From an uncultured Acidimicrobiales bacterium (GTDB lineage Bacteria > Actinomycetota > Acidimicrobiia > Acidimicrobiales > SZUA-35): a DNA stretch of 64,000 nt. The translations under genes and the position numbers were made by a program. Of this stretch, positions 33,325-43,684 are shown piece by piece. The DNA is taken from NCBI GenBank assembly GCA_963775125.1, contig CAVZHQ010000006.1, positions 65,663-129,662 on the forward strand, written 5' to 3'. A model generated the notes under the pieces. It saw only the letters and a list, made by a program, of their open reading frames with translations. It searched no databases and was not told the origin of the DNA. Each line of letters begins with the position of its first letter. Position 1 is the stretch's first letter.

Positions 33325-33978
33325 ATGCGCGTCGACGGTTTGCCCCGACTGGTTCTGGCGTCATCCTCGCCGCGCCGACGCGAGCTGCTGGCCGTCATTG
33401 GCGTGACCCCCGACGTCGTCGTCGCGCCGGACGTCGACGAGACACCCCGACCAGGGGAAACGCCCGAGGCGATGGTCCTGCGGCTGGCCGAGGACAAGGC
33501 GAGAGCCGGCCTGCGTCTCGTGCTCGGGGGGACGGTGTCCGACCGCCGGGACGCGCTGGTCGTTGCGGCCGACACAGTGGTTGCACCCGACGGCCGGATA
33601 CTGGGGAAGCCCGTCGATCGAAACGACGCTGGTCGCATGCTGCAACTGCTCTCCGGGCGCTCGCACCCGGTGTTCAGCGGTATCGCCGTCGCCGTCCACA
33701 CGGACGATCAGCGCGACGGCTTCGGCCCCGAAGTCCGGTCGACCCTCGTGCGAACCGACGTCGAGTTCCGCCCGCTTTCCCGTGACGACCTTGCTTGGTA
33801 TCTGGACACCGGCGAGTGGGACGGCCGGGCCGGGGCGTACGCCATCCAGGGGGCAGCAGGCTTCCTGGTCGCCGAGATCCGGGGCAGCTATCACAATGTG
33901 GTGGGGTTCCCGCTGGTCGAGGTCGACCAGCTCCTCGCGGATCTGGGTCATCCACTACGATCGTGGGCGCATGACTGA
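33325..33978 (+). CDS. maf: Maf-family nucleoside triphosphate pyrophosphatase
   Basis: ORF 33325..33978. Contains LVLASSSPRRRELL, AADTVV, GKP and GAYAIQG. Confidence 0.9.
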   Translation: MRVDGLPRLVLASSSPRRRELLAVIGVTPDVVVAPDVDETPRPGETPEAMVLRLAEDKARAGLRLVLGGTVSDRRDALVVAADTVVAPDGRILGKPVDRNDAGRMLQLLSGRSHPVFSGIAVAVHTDDQRDGFGPEVRSTLVRTDVEFRPLSRDDLAWYLDTGEWDGRAGAYAIQGAAGFLVAEIRGSYHNVVGFPLVEVDQLLADLGHPLRSWAHD

Positions 33979-35086
33979 ACCTGGGATCGCCACCGAAGGT
34001 TCGTCGCGGGAGACGAGCTATTCCGCCGAGATCCAGTCGTGGCTGCGCCACGGGGTGTTCCTGGCGGCGGGGGCGGCGGTGTTGTACCGACTCTGGCCCA
34101 ATCTGCTCGGCATCGTCAGCACCGCACCGAGGTTGTCCACCATCCGACCCAGCTGGTTCCTGGTGATGGTGGCCGCTCAGGTGGCGAGCTTTGCGTGTGT
34201 CTGGTGGATGTTGCGAATACTCCTGCCGCGCACCTCGTGGTTGGCCGTTGCCACGTCACAACTGGTCGCCAACGCAGTCAGTCGGACCGTTCCGGGCGGC
34301 GCACCGCTGGGCGGTGCGACCATGTATCGCATGCTGGTGGTCAGCGGCACGGCCCCAACCCACGCCGCAGGGGCCCTGACGGTCACCTCGATCCTGTCGA
34401 CGGCTGCCATCTTCGCCATTCCGGCATTGGCGTTGCTCATGGCCATCATCGGAGCGCCGATTCCCGAAGCCTTGGAACCCGCGGCGGTAGCCGGAGCCGT
34501 GCTCTTCGTCCTCCTGCTGCTGGTCGGCTACGTGGCCATCTCACGAGACCGGCCGCTGCTTGCCGTCGGTGGCCTGCTCCAGCGAGTGGCGGCCCGCCTT
34601 CCGCGACGCTTCCGCCGTACGATCACGCCGGCCCAGTTGCTGGTCGAACGGGACCGGCTGGTCGGGGTCGTCGGTGACAAGTGGGGCCAGGCCATGGCCG
34701 CCGCCGCGCTCAACTGGGTGTTCGACTACTTGGCGCTGGTGGCGGCTCTCTACGGGGTGGGCGCCGACCCGCGGCTGAGTCTCGTGTTGCTGGCGTACGC
34801 CGGCGTGGTCGTCACCTCGATGATTCCCATCACTCCTGGAGGGTTCGGGTTCGTCGAGCCTGCCCTCGTGTCCATGTTGGTGCTGTCGGGCATCAGCACG
34901 CAGAACGCCGGTCTGGCGACCTTGGCCTACCGGATCGTTTCGCTGCTCCTGCCCGTGTGCGCGGCCCTACCGGCCTGGCTGGTCTACCGCCTGCGCTTCC
35001 GCTCGGTCGACTTCGAGGCGCCCCTACCGAAGGTGATCCGCACTCAGGAGTCCGGCCCTGAAAGGTCGTCGGTCGAAGCGATGTAG
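33971..35086 (+). CDS. Integral membrane protein, UPF0104/lysylphosphatidylglycerol-synthase-TM-region (flippase-like) family
   Basis: ATG at 33971 overlaps the maf stop (within ORF 33563..35086). About 8 TM helices and a PITPGGFGFVE motif. Confidence 0.75.
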   Translation: MTEPGIATEGSSRETSYSAEIQSWLRHGVFLAAGAAVLYRLWPNLLGIVSTAPRLSTIRPSWFLVMVAAQVASFACVWWMLRILLPRTSWLAVATSQLVANAVSRTVPGGAPLGGATMYRMLVVSGTAPTHAAGALTVTSILSTAAIFAIPALALLMAIIGAPIPEALEPAAVAGAVLFVLLLLVGYVAISRDRPLLAVGGLLQRVAARLPRRFRRTITPAQLLVERDRLVGVVGDKWGQAMAAAALNWVFDYLALVAALYGVGADPRLSLVLLAYAGVVVTSMIPITPGGFGFVEPALVSMLVLSGISTQNAGLATLAYRIVSLLLPVCAALPAWLVYRLRFRSVDFEAPLPKVIRTQESGPERSSVEAM

Positions 35087-35994
35087 GCCCGCCCTACGTC
35101 GCAGGATTCGAGCGCCGGGCACCACCGGCATGCGGGGCTGGTGACGAGCCGAGGCTCGGTCTTCTCGTGCAAGAGTGCAACCGCCCGGTTGGCGCCGTCG
35201 ATGACCCGATGCGCCGTAGACCACAGGAGGTCCTCGGTGACGCTCTCGGTGCGGGGCAGGCCGCTCTCGAGGTAGTAGGTGACGATCAGGCGAGGCGGCA
35301 CCCCCAATTTGAGGGTCTCGAGTAGGGCGTAGAAGCGAAGGTCATCGACGTGGTTCGGTGCGGTTCGGCCCGTCTTGAGGTCGATGAGGACTTTGCCGGC
35401 CTCATTGCCACGGGCGCGGCCCAGGGTGAGGTCGACGGCGCCCTGGAGCACGACGGACGCGTCGCAGAACTCGGCCCGGACCTTGGACTCGGCGACCGGC
35501 ACCCACTGCCGGCGCAAGGGCGGGAACGCGTCGAGGAAGCCGGCAACCACGTCGTTGGCGCTCGTGACCAGATCGGCCCGCTCGGCTTCGGTAAGGGCGG
35601 CGAGGAACGGGCCGATGGACCGTTCGTTTGCTTCGAGACGAGCGAGCGAGTCGTCGACGAGGTCGAGGGGGGTCGGGTTGCCGCGGCGGCCGACCAGCAA
35701 CTCGACGGCCTTGTGGACGACCGTGCCGCGAGCAGAGGCCACCGTCCAACTGAAGGGGACCGCCTCTTCGGCCACGAACCGTTGCTCACATCCGTGGACC
35801 TGGTTGAGGCGGTGCTTCGAGAGGTAGAGGATGGTGTCGTCTCCGCCCACAGCCGTCAGTCGTCGAGCCACCGGGTTCAGCGCAGTTTCGAGTTCGTGGC
35901 GAAGATGATCTCGCAGGTCGTCGCGGAAGGTAGGACGCTCGGTGGAGCCGAGCTCGTCGAGGATCTGCTGCTGCGCGGGGTTCAGGCGCACCAT
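35044..35994 (-). CDS. PD-(D/E)XK (RecB/Cas4-like) nuclease with a 4-Cys cluster
   Basis: C-terminal part of ORF 35044..37089, starting at ATG 35994 (alternative GTG 36015). Contains GTVVHKAVE, AVDLTL...VLIDLKTG (D..D-x-K), a Cys in HGCEQRF, and CRWCPALESC (CX2CX5C). Confidence 0.75.
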   Translation of the reverse strand: MVRLNPAQQQILDELGSTERPTFRDDLRDHLRHELETALNPVARRLTAVGGDDTILYLSKHRLNQVHGCEQRFVAEEAVPFSWTVASARGTVVHKAVELLVGRRGNPTPLDLVDDSLARLEANERSIGPFLAALTEAERADLVTSANDVVAGFLDAFPPLRRQWVPVAESKVRAEFCDASVVLQGAVDLTLGRARGNEAGKVLIDLKTGRTAPNHVDDLRFYALLETLKLGVPPRLIVTYYLESGLPRTESVTEDLLWSTAHRVIDGANRAVALLHEKTEPRLVTSPACRWCPALESCDVGRAYIASTDDLSGPDS

Positions 35995-36058
35995 CTGCTC
36001 GGCCAAGGCTGTCACAGCCCCAGACCATACTGGTCGACATGGGCATGTGGCAGGACCG

Positions 36059-36085
36059 GCAAGGCCAGCAAGGCCAGCAAGGCCA
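36059..36085. repeat. 9-bp tandem repeat x3 in a divergent intergenic region
   Basis: gcaaggcca occurs three times in tandem. Confidence 0.9.
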
Positions 36086-36106
36086 GTATCGAAAGAGCGT
36101 CGGTCG

Positions 36107-36463
36107 ATGACGGCGCTCGAGTTCGCTGAGTTGGCGCGGCGCTTGTCGGCCGCGCTGCGAGAGCTTGGGGTCGAGGTTCCCTGTTTTCGAAGCCCACCGA
36201 GATCGCCCGGCTTGGGCCGGTCACTCTGCCGCGGCACCGACGGCTCGGTGCAGGTGGCCGTACGACTCCGTGGCCGATCAGCGCTTGCCGTCGCCAGCGA
36301 CATGATCGACGGAGCGGTTGCGGCCAACCAGCAGACCGGAGCCACGGCGGCTGCGACGCGAGACGCCCTGTGGTCGGCGGTCGAAGCACTGCTCGGTTCA
36401 CTCTCTGCGATGGGTGACGGGTCGGCCGATGGTCTGGCCGTCGTACGGTCGATCGCCGCCTGA
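36107..36463 (+). CDS. Small hypothetical protein (118 aa), on the opposite strand to both neighbours
   Basis: ATG at 36107 within ORF 35942..36463. The translation (MTALEFAELARRLSAALRELGVEVP..) is not low-complexity. Its 3' end overlaps the secretion ATPase 3' end by 66 nt. No family recognised. Confidence 0.4.
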   Translation: MTALEFAELARRLSAALRELGVEVPCFRSPPRSPGLGRSLCRGTDGSVQVAVRLRGRSALAVASDMIDGAVAANQQTGATAAATRDALWSAVEALLGSLSAMGDGSADGLAVVRSIAA

Positions 36464-39400
36464 CTCCAAGATCTGGACTTCGAAGCATTGACCCGACAGC
36501 GACAACAGCCCGCGGCCCGGACGTGGGTTCGTCCGCAGCGACTCGTCGATTCTTCCTGCACCGATCGGTGACCCGTCGAGCGGTGAGATGGGGCAGAGCA
36601 CCAGGCCGCTTCGATGGGGTGCGAACGACCGTCGGACGGGGCAACGCCCGGTGAAGAAGTCAGGCGGGCCGGCCAGGAAGACCGCGTGACGCCGACGGTC
36701 GAGCACCTCGAGATCGAGCGCAGCAGCGTCCAACCGATGGGCGTCGTCGACCAGCACAACGATCGGATCATCGGGAGGCATGGTTCGGTGCAGACGGTCC
36801 AGCGCTTCACCGAGGACTCGGGCGGGCATACCAGGGCCAGACCCTCCGGCGGCCGGCAGCGGCGATCGTCGGGAGCCGCCGATGGCCACGACGGAAAGCC
36901 CGCGTGCGGCGAACAAGGCGGCCAATGATGCCAACGCAACGCTCTTGCCGCTGCGGGCCGGCCCCGTGATCGCAAAGACGGGTCCATCTTCGTCGCCATC
37001 GGCCCAAAGGACGGATCCGTCAGCAAGGTCGATGCCGATGGGTAGCGCCAGCAGGACCCCCGGTGGCGGAACAAGGGGCGGAGCCTCATCGAGCGACATC
37101 GGCCAGGTCACGACCGGGAAGTTCGGTGGCGGAACCTCGAGCGTGGACGAGGGAAAGACGTGTTCGAGGCGAGCCGAGAGCTTGGCGAGCATCTCGTGCT
37201 CCCGGCATTCGCTCCGTGGTCAACTGGGCGATCTGCACGAGGCGGCCCCGGCGGACGTCGAAGGCTCTGCCGGGGCAACGCAGCGAGGCAACCAGACCGC
37301 GGGGAAGCGCGTGCACCGCCCCAGAGGAATCGTCATTCGAGGCAAACACGAATCGGCGGTCGACACCGGCCCCCAGTCGCGAATCGGCAAGGGAGGCAGA
37401 CCCGGCGAGGATGATCCGGATGTTCACGCCGTGGGCCTCGTTCAAGAGGTTCGTGAGCGGCTGGAGCAGCGGATGCCGGACGTCGTCCCCCCGACGCGTG
37501 AGCCGGTCGGCCCCTGCGACCAGCAGCAGCAGGTTGGGTGATGACGCCGACACCAGCGGGCGCCGTCGAGCCGCCTCGTCCCGGAGGTGTTGCACCATCC
37601 GCAACGCCAGTCGGTCGTCGCGGACCGCAACGACGCTGCAATGCGGGAACGACCGCAGCCGATCGAGACCACTCCCGTCGAGGTCGATACCGAACAGATG
37701 CAGGGTGTCGGGCGAACTGCGAACCGCGGCCGAGGCGCCGATGACGGCCAGAGCGTCGGTCAGGCTCCCGTCGCCAGGCCCGAGCAGGAGGACTTGTTCG
37801 TCCTGCTCGCCCAGATGAGCGACCGCATGGCGTTGCTCGTCCGGCCGGTCCTCCAAACCGATGGGGAGTCCGGGTTCGTCCGAGACGAGCAAGGGACCCA
37901 GGGCGACTCGTTCGGGCAGCTCGCCGGGCCAGGGAATGGCCGATCGTGACCAACCCGACGTCGCCGCCGCCTGCTGGAGCGACCAGCTGATCCTGGCCAT
38001 GTCGGTGTCCGCGATCGGCGTTGCGCTCGCCACGTCGACTGCGGTGTGGATTGCGTCGACCAACGAAGCATCTTCGAAGCGGACCACGACCCGCTCGGAT
38101 GCCGGGTGGCGTTCGGTCGAGGATTCCTTGCCGCGGGAGCCGGGGCCGACGACGCGCGCGGTCTGGAACTCGATCACTTCACCGCCGTTGCTGCGGAGGT
38201 ACCCGCGTCCGACGGCGTGGGGCGGGAGCGTCGACGCAATGCCTGTCTCCAGAACGGCCTTGCTGTGTGCCGGTTTCATGACCCGCAGACAGAGACGGAG
38301 TCCGGCGTTTGCCTCGATCTGCGGAGGCAGTTGTCCCTCGAAGTTCTGGGTGACCAGCAGCAGGTGGATGCCAAGGGCGCGGCCGATCCGGGTGACGCTG
38401 ACCAATTCCTGCAGTCGACGCCGACCGTCGTCGCTCGCCAACAGCTCGCTGAACTCGTCGATGACCACGAGGAGTCGGGGGAGTGGGGGCAGGGCGGGGT
38501 CGGTCGGTCGGAGTCGTCGATAGGCGTCGAGGTCGGATGCACGACCGCGCAAGAGGCGCTGTCGACGCAACTGTTCGGCCTGCAGCAGGTCGATCGTCCG
38601 CTGGAAACGGTCGACGTCGAGATTGGTCGACAAGTCGATCACATGCGGAAGCTGGGCGGTGAGCTCGTGGTCGACGCCGCCTTTGAAGTCGACGATGACG
38701 ATGCCGAGGTCGTCGGGGTGATTGTTCAGACAGAGCGAGGTGAGGAAGGTCATCAGGAGTTCGGTCTTGCCCGAGCCGGACATGCCGCCGAGCAGTCCGT
38801 GGGGGCCGTCCTTCGCAAGGTCGATGATCAAGGGAACCCCTCGACTGACACCGATCACCGCCTCGGTGCTGGGCGAAGTCCTGGCCCAGCGCTCGCTGAT
38901 CCAGTCCGGGCCCACGTCCCCGCCGAGGACATCCAGGAGTTGCAGCCCGTGTGCGGACGACGCAACTTCGTCGGTAGCTGGACGAAGCCCGGCCAACCGC
39001 AACGCGGCGCTACGGGCCACTGGCACCGTCAGCTCAGCCACCTGCACGGCGATGTCGGATTGGTGGCGGCTTGCGAAGATGGCCGAGCCAAGAACGGCGT
39101 CGAGGGCGAGCGAGCTCTTGAGGCCATCGATCGTGAGCGTCTCATCGGCGACGATGCCGATGATGCCGTAGCGCGGGCCCTGATCGAGCAACACCGCCAG
39201 CTCGCCATTTCCGGCAAGGACACCGTCGACGACCACCAAGACCAGCGGCCACACACTTGGGTCAGGGGGACCGTCGGCCGTCGTCACACTCGCGTTCGCT
39301 CGTCGAGTGTCGAAGAGCCGCCGTAGCTCCGACAGGCTGGCGTCGTGCTCGACGGCCTCGTGCGCAACGGGGTAGGTGAGGTGGGTTGCCGCGTGGGGGA

Positions 39401-40725
39401 GCCAGGTCGCGAACCGCCAGGTGCTGCGGCCCTCGGGGCTGGTGAGAATGCAGATGCCGAGGTCGGAGGGAGCGTGGGAGGCGCACAAGCCGATCAGCAG
39501 CGACGTCGTTACTGCCCGGCGACGCTCGGCGGGACCGCGGACCAGCAGAGCCCCGGTCTGTAGGAGCGAGGTCGTCAGGGGAACGGTCGACAACTTCGGC
39601 GCACCGAGCAGGGGGTGGATGTCGTCGGCATCGATGCCGGAGGCAACGTCGGCAAGGCCGAGGGTGACTGCGCCGAAGTCATCGTCCTCGGGTCGGCGCT
39701 CCCACAGGCGTCGGCTCCAGAGCAGGCAGTGGGCGACGGCCATGCCACCGGTGGGCGCTTCGGCCCTGCGCTGAACTTGCTCGGCGTGGCGAACGTCGTG
39801 CACCGATTGGGCGAAGGCGAGGCGCTCCTCTGCGTGCTCGGCAAGCGCGGCGTCGCTGCTCCGCCTCTCCCGCGACCGTTGACGGCGCGGCATCGACCGC
39901 GAAGATCAGGGGAGCGAGGGCGCTCAGGAGAAGGAACTCCCAGCGTCCCGTGAGGTAGGCGAACCCGATTCCGGTTGCCACGGGCGCCAGACTGCGCCAC
40001 CAACCTGACCGGGTTGGCTCGACCTCGGTCGGCGAACGGGGACCACGCAGACGATGCGGGAGGTCGGGGGCAGGAGTTCGGAATTCTCGAGGGAAGGCGA
40101 TGGTGGGTCCCTCGGAGTCGGACGTCGCTCGCGGGCCCAGTTCTGCGACACGCAGGTGAACGAGCTCCAAGACGGTCGCCCCGATCAGCAGGTGCGAGCC
40201 TGCGGTGACCGGATGGCGACCGAGGTCGAGCGGGAGGCCATCGACGCGGGTTCCGTTGCTCGAATGGAGATCTTCGATCGTCACTGCCGCGCCGCTGGGA
40301 TCGGCGTTGACGCTGATCGCGGCGTGGTTGCCCGAGACCATTGGGTCAGCGAGGACGACGTCGGCATCGGTGCTGCGGCCGACGACGTGGCGCCCCGGTC
40401 GGAGCTGACAGGTCGCTCCGGCACAAGGGCCGGTCACTGCGACCAGCCACCAGCCATCAGCGTGCTCGAGCCGAGTGCTCCCGAACGCTGCCCCCGGTCG
40501 GGACCAGGGTTCGGACACCACCGAGCCGTTGCGAAGCCCGATCGACCCGATGGTCTCCCGTCGACCAACGTCGGTCCCCGGCCTCCCGTCGATGGAAGGC
40601 CGGGTGACGCCAAGGTTCGCGAGCTTGCGTACCAGCTCGGCGACCGGTGCGGCGGCCGATCCCTCGACGAGGATCGAGCGCTCTCGTTCATCGCCGTTGT
40701 GAAGACACAGCCGCCAGGTCGGCAT
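36398..40725 (-). pseudogene. FHA-domain, membrane-anchored, three-P-loop FtsK/SpoIIIE ATPase (EssC/EccC-like type VII secretion ATPase); two frameshifts as assembled
   Basis: ORF 39679..40725 carries the FHA domain (VVGRSTDADVVL..SGNHAAI..SSNGTRVDG) and 2 TM helices. After a shift near 39890, ORF 37086..39893 carries D1 (GGMSGSGKT, LLVVIDEFSEL) and a degenerate D2 (LLGPGDGSLT). After a shift near 37200, ORF 36398..37192 carries D3 (ITGPARSGKS, IVVLVDDAHRLD). Confidence 0.85.
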
Positions 40726-40737
40726 GATGCGACGCGA

Positions 40738-41031
40738 TCAGGACCGGAGTTGCGCGGCCAGTTGGGCGTCGGTCTCCTCGATGGCGGTGGCGGCGCCACT
40801 GAGGAAACTCCCCAGGGAATCCAGTGCCTCGATGAGCTGCCGAGCGCTCTCGGCCCATTCCTGGTACCGCTCCTCGAAGGCGCGTGCGCTCTGGCCCTGG
40901 AAACTGTCGCCCAACGCAGCCAGACGGCCCCGGAGGGAGGTGAGTTGATCGGTCGTCTCGGCCGCCGCACGGGTGACATCGCCGGCCACGGCCCTTGCGT
41001 CGCCGGCCCTCAGGAGAATGTTGTCGGTCAT
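40738..41031 (-). CDS. WXG100-family (ESAT-6-like) protein, 97 aa, with F-x-G in place of W-x-G
   Basis: ATG at 41031 within ORF 40738..41178. Helix-turn-helix layout with ..LGDSFQGQSARAFEERYQEW.. at the turn. The stop is 12 nt upstream of the ATPase start. Confidence 0.75.
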   Translation of the reverse strand: MTDNILLRAGDARAVAGDVTRAAAETTDQLTSLRGRLAALGDSFQGQSARAFEERYQEWAESARQLIEALDSLGSFLSGAATAIEETDAQLAAQLRS

Positions 41032-41317
41032 CGGTTCGCTCGCTTTCCCCGCAGTGCGGGACTGGTGGTCCGCCGTGGTGGCGGCCTCGAGCGAACGTAC
41101 GGAGGTATCGGGCGGCGGGCGATGGGGACTGGTCCCCGCGGGAGCGATGAAAGGTGCCGGAATGCACTGGACGGGCACCGAAAACGTTGGAGGCCCCGGG
41201 AGGAGGGATTCCCGGGGCCGCTTCGACGCTACACCCTGGCTTTGGACGAGACACGGCGTCCAGCGAAAACAGTTGCACAGCTATCATGCGGTGTCCCCGG
41301 AGCAAACGAGGCGAGTC

Positions 41318-42403
41318 GTGACAAACCCCGCATTGGAAGCACTCGGTTTGGCCGTGGCGTCGCGTACGCCGGTGCTGCTCTGGGGCGCGCCAGGCACGGG
41401 GAAAAGCTCCGCCGTCCAGGCCCTGGCGCGAGCAAGCGGCCAGGCATGTGAGGTGGTGATCGCCTCGATCCGTGAGCCCTCGGACTTCGCCGGCCTCCCG
41501 ATCGTGTTCGAGGGCGGCGTTCGGTTCGCCCCTCCGTCATGGGCGCAACACCTGGCCTCGGCGGGAGGCGGCGTGCTGTTCCTCGACGAGATCTCCACCG
41601 CGCCGCCTGCCGTCCAGGCCGCGCTGCTTCGGGTCGTCCTCGAGCGGATCGTCGGCGACCTTGCCCTCCCGGACGACGTGGCCGTGGTAGCGGCAGCGAA
41701 TCCGCCGGACCAGGCCGCCGACGGCTGGGACCTCTCGGGACCCCTGGCGAACCGGTTCTGCCATCTGGACTGGACCGTCGATGCCCAGGGCATTGCCGAA
41801 GGCTTCATCGCCGGATTCGCTGCGCCCTCGGTCGTCGAACTACCCCATGACTGGGAACGATCGGTCGCCCGGGCTCGGGTACACGTGGCCTCGTTCCTCC
41901 AAGTCCGGCCCACGCTGGTGTCGGCGCCGCCGCTCGAACGGGCTGCGGCCGGCCGAGCATGGCCCAGTCCCCGGTCCTGGGAGATGGCTGCTCGCCTGCT
42001 CGGCGCCGCACGATCGGTCGACGCCACTGCGGACGTCACCAACGCTCTGGTCAGCGGTTGCGTGGGCCGGGGAGCGGGCATCGAATTCCTGACCTGGCTC
42101 CTCGAATTGGACCTGCCCGACCCCGAGGTCGTGCTCGCCCATCCTGAACGGTTCGAGTTGCCCGAACGTGGCGATCGGGCGTACGCAGCCCTCACGTCGA
42201 TTGCGGCGGCGGTGGCAGCGAACCCCACCCCGGAGCGGTGGGCAGCGGGCTGGAAGGTCCTCGGCGTCGCCGCGGCCGTCGCCCCCGACGTCGCCGCCAT
42301 GGCCGCCCGCATCCTGGCGCGCTGTCGCCCCGAAGGTGCAGCAGCGCCGCCCGAGGCCGCACGGTTCGTGCCGCTGCTCCGCGACGCCGGTCTTCTGCCC
42401 TGA
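41318..42403 (+). CDS. MoxR-like AAA+ ATPase (AAA_5 type)
   Basis: GTG at 41318 with GAGG 7 nt upstream (ORF 40973..42403). Walker A LWGAPGTGKSS and Walker B VLFLDEIS. Also VAAANPP and LANRF. Confidence 0.8.
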   Translation: MTNPALEALGLAVASRTPVLLWGAPGTGKSSAVQALARASGQACEVVIASIREPSDFAGLPIVFEGGVRFAPPSWAQHLASAGGGVLFLDEISTAPPAVQAALLRVVLERIVGDLALPDDVAVVAAANPPDQAADGWDLSGPLANRFCHLDWTVDAQGIAEGFIAGFAAPSVVELPHDWERSVARARVHVASFLQVRPTLVSAPPLERAAAGRAWPSPRSWEMAARLLGAARSVDATADVTNALVSGCVGRGAGIEFLTWLLELDLPDPEVVLAHPERFELPERGDRAYAALTSIAAAVAANPTPERWAAGWKVLGVAAAVAPDVAAMAARILARCRPEGAAAPPEAARFVPLLRDAGLLP

Positions 42404-42428
42404 TGGCCGACCCTGGCACGGGATCGTC

Positions 42429-43680
42429 GTGAGCCTCGACCAGCACCAGCTGGCGGCCGCTCGTCTCTGGGCCGCCAACCGCTACCCCTATCTCGCTGCC
42501 GCGGTTTTCGCGCTCTCGGTCGGCGAGGTCGAGGGTCTCGGGGGTATCCAGGTCGACGAATGGTGGCGGGTCCACCTCGACCCCGAGGTCTCGGCGGGAT
42601 GGGAGGTCCCCCAGCTCGGCGGCGAGCTGCTGCACCTGACCGCTCACGTCCTTCGTGATCACGCAACCCGTGCGAGGGTGGTCGAGCTTGGAGATGCAGC
42701 CGAGCTGGCGCACTGGGTCGACGCCGCGGACGCCGAGATCGGCGACGACTTCCCGGCAGATCTGCCGCGGGCCAGGCGGTCGGCGACGGCCGAGCAGCTG
42801 GGCTGTCGAGACGGAGGGCTGGCCGAGGAGTACTACCGGATGGGTGCTCCATCGGACCAGCTCGGGCCGCCGGACGACGAGCAACACCTGTGGGACTGCG
42901 GGAGCGGGGCGCACGGCCGGCATGGGCCGTTCGAACCGCCGCCTCCGGCCACCAGTCGGTCAGCGACGTCGGCGAGCGGCGTGACGCGTGAACAGCAGGA
43001 TCTCATCCGACAACAGGTGGCCACCGAGGTACTGTCCGGCCGGCGAGGCCCCAGACGGTCTCCGCCGGTGGGCCGAGGCCCTCCGCCGACCGTCGGTCGA
43101 CTGGCGGACCGAGCTGGCAGCGGAGATCCGTCGGGGCGTCGCCAGTCGCCGGGGGGCGGTCGACTACAGCTACAGCCGTCCGTCGCGCCGAGCTGCTGCG
43201 CTGCAACTGACCGGATCGCAGGGACACGGGTTCGTGGTGCTTCCATCGTTGCGGGACCCCTCGATCAACGTGGCGGTCGTGTGCGACACCAGCGCTTCGG
43301 TCGACGACACGTTGCTCGGCGCAGTGTTGGCCGAGGTCGAGGGGTTGCTGCGATCGGTCGGTATCGGACGCGTCGACGTCCTCTCGTGCGACCACGCGGT
43401 ACAGGCGGTCGCTACGGTTCGACGCATCGAGGACGTGGAGCTCTTCGGCGGTGGAGGAACCGACATGGCCCTTGGGCTGGCCGCGGCGCATGCCCGTCGC
43501 CCTCGACCGTCGGTCATCGTGGTGCTCACCGATGGGTTCACGCCCTGGCCGCCTACTGCTCCGGAACGATCTTGCGTCATCGTCGGGCTGCTCGGTGCCG
43601 ATCCGGCCTCTGGCCTACGGCCGGCGGATCCTCCCGGTTGGGCCCGAACCGTTCACATCGCCGGGCCGGCGATCAGGTGA
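42429..43680 (+). pseudogene. Metallopeptidase-like (DUF2201_N-type) plus VWA domain protein; frameshift near 43035 as assembled
   Basis: GTG at 42429 (ORF 42168..43688 frame). Contains ..LLHLTAHVLRDH.., AADAEIGDD, WDCGSGAHG and ..EQQDLIRQQVATEVL. After the shift it continues AGEAPDGLRRWAE..DYSYSRPSRR..VAVVCDTSASV (MIDAS DxSxS)..GGGGTDM..VVLTDGFTPWP (ORF 42988..43680). Confidence 0.7.
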
Positions 43681-43684
43681 CCTC

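Noticed and set aside
41318-43680. The MoxR/VWA pair as the CoxD/CoxE maturation factors for the CoxSM genes.
   Set aside because: They lie 11 kb from the cox-like block, separated by unrelated genes and on a different transcription unit. The VWA protein has the DUF2201-type N-terminal region rather than a CoxE-like layout. The idea is not excluded but is unsupported.
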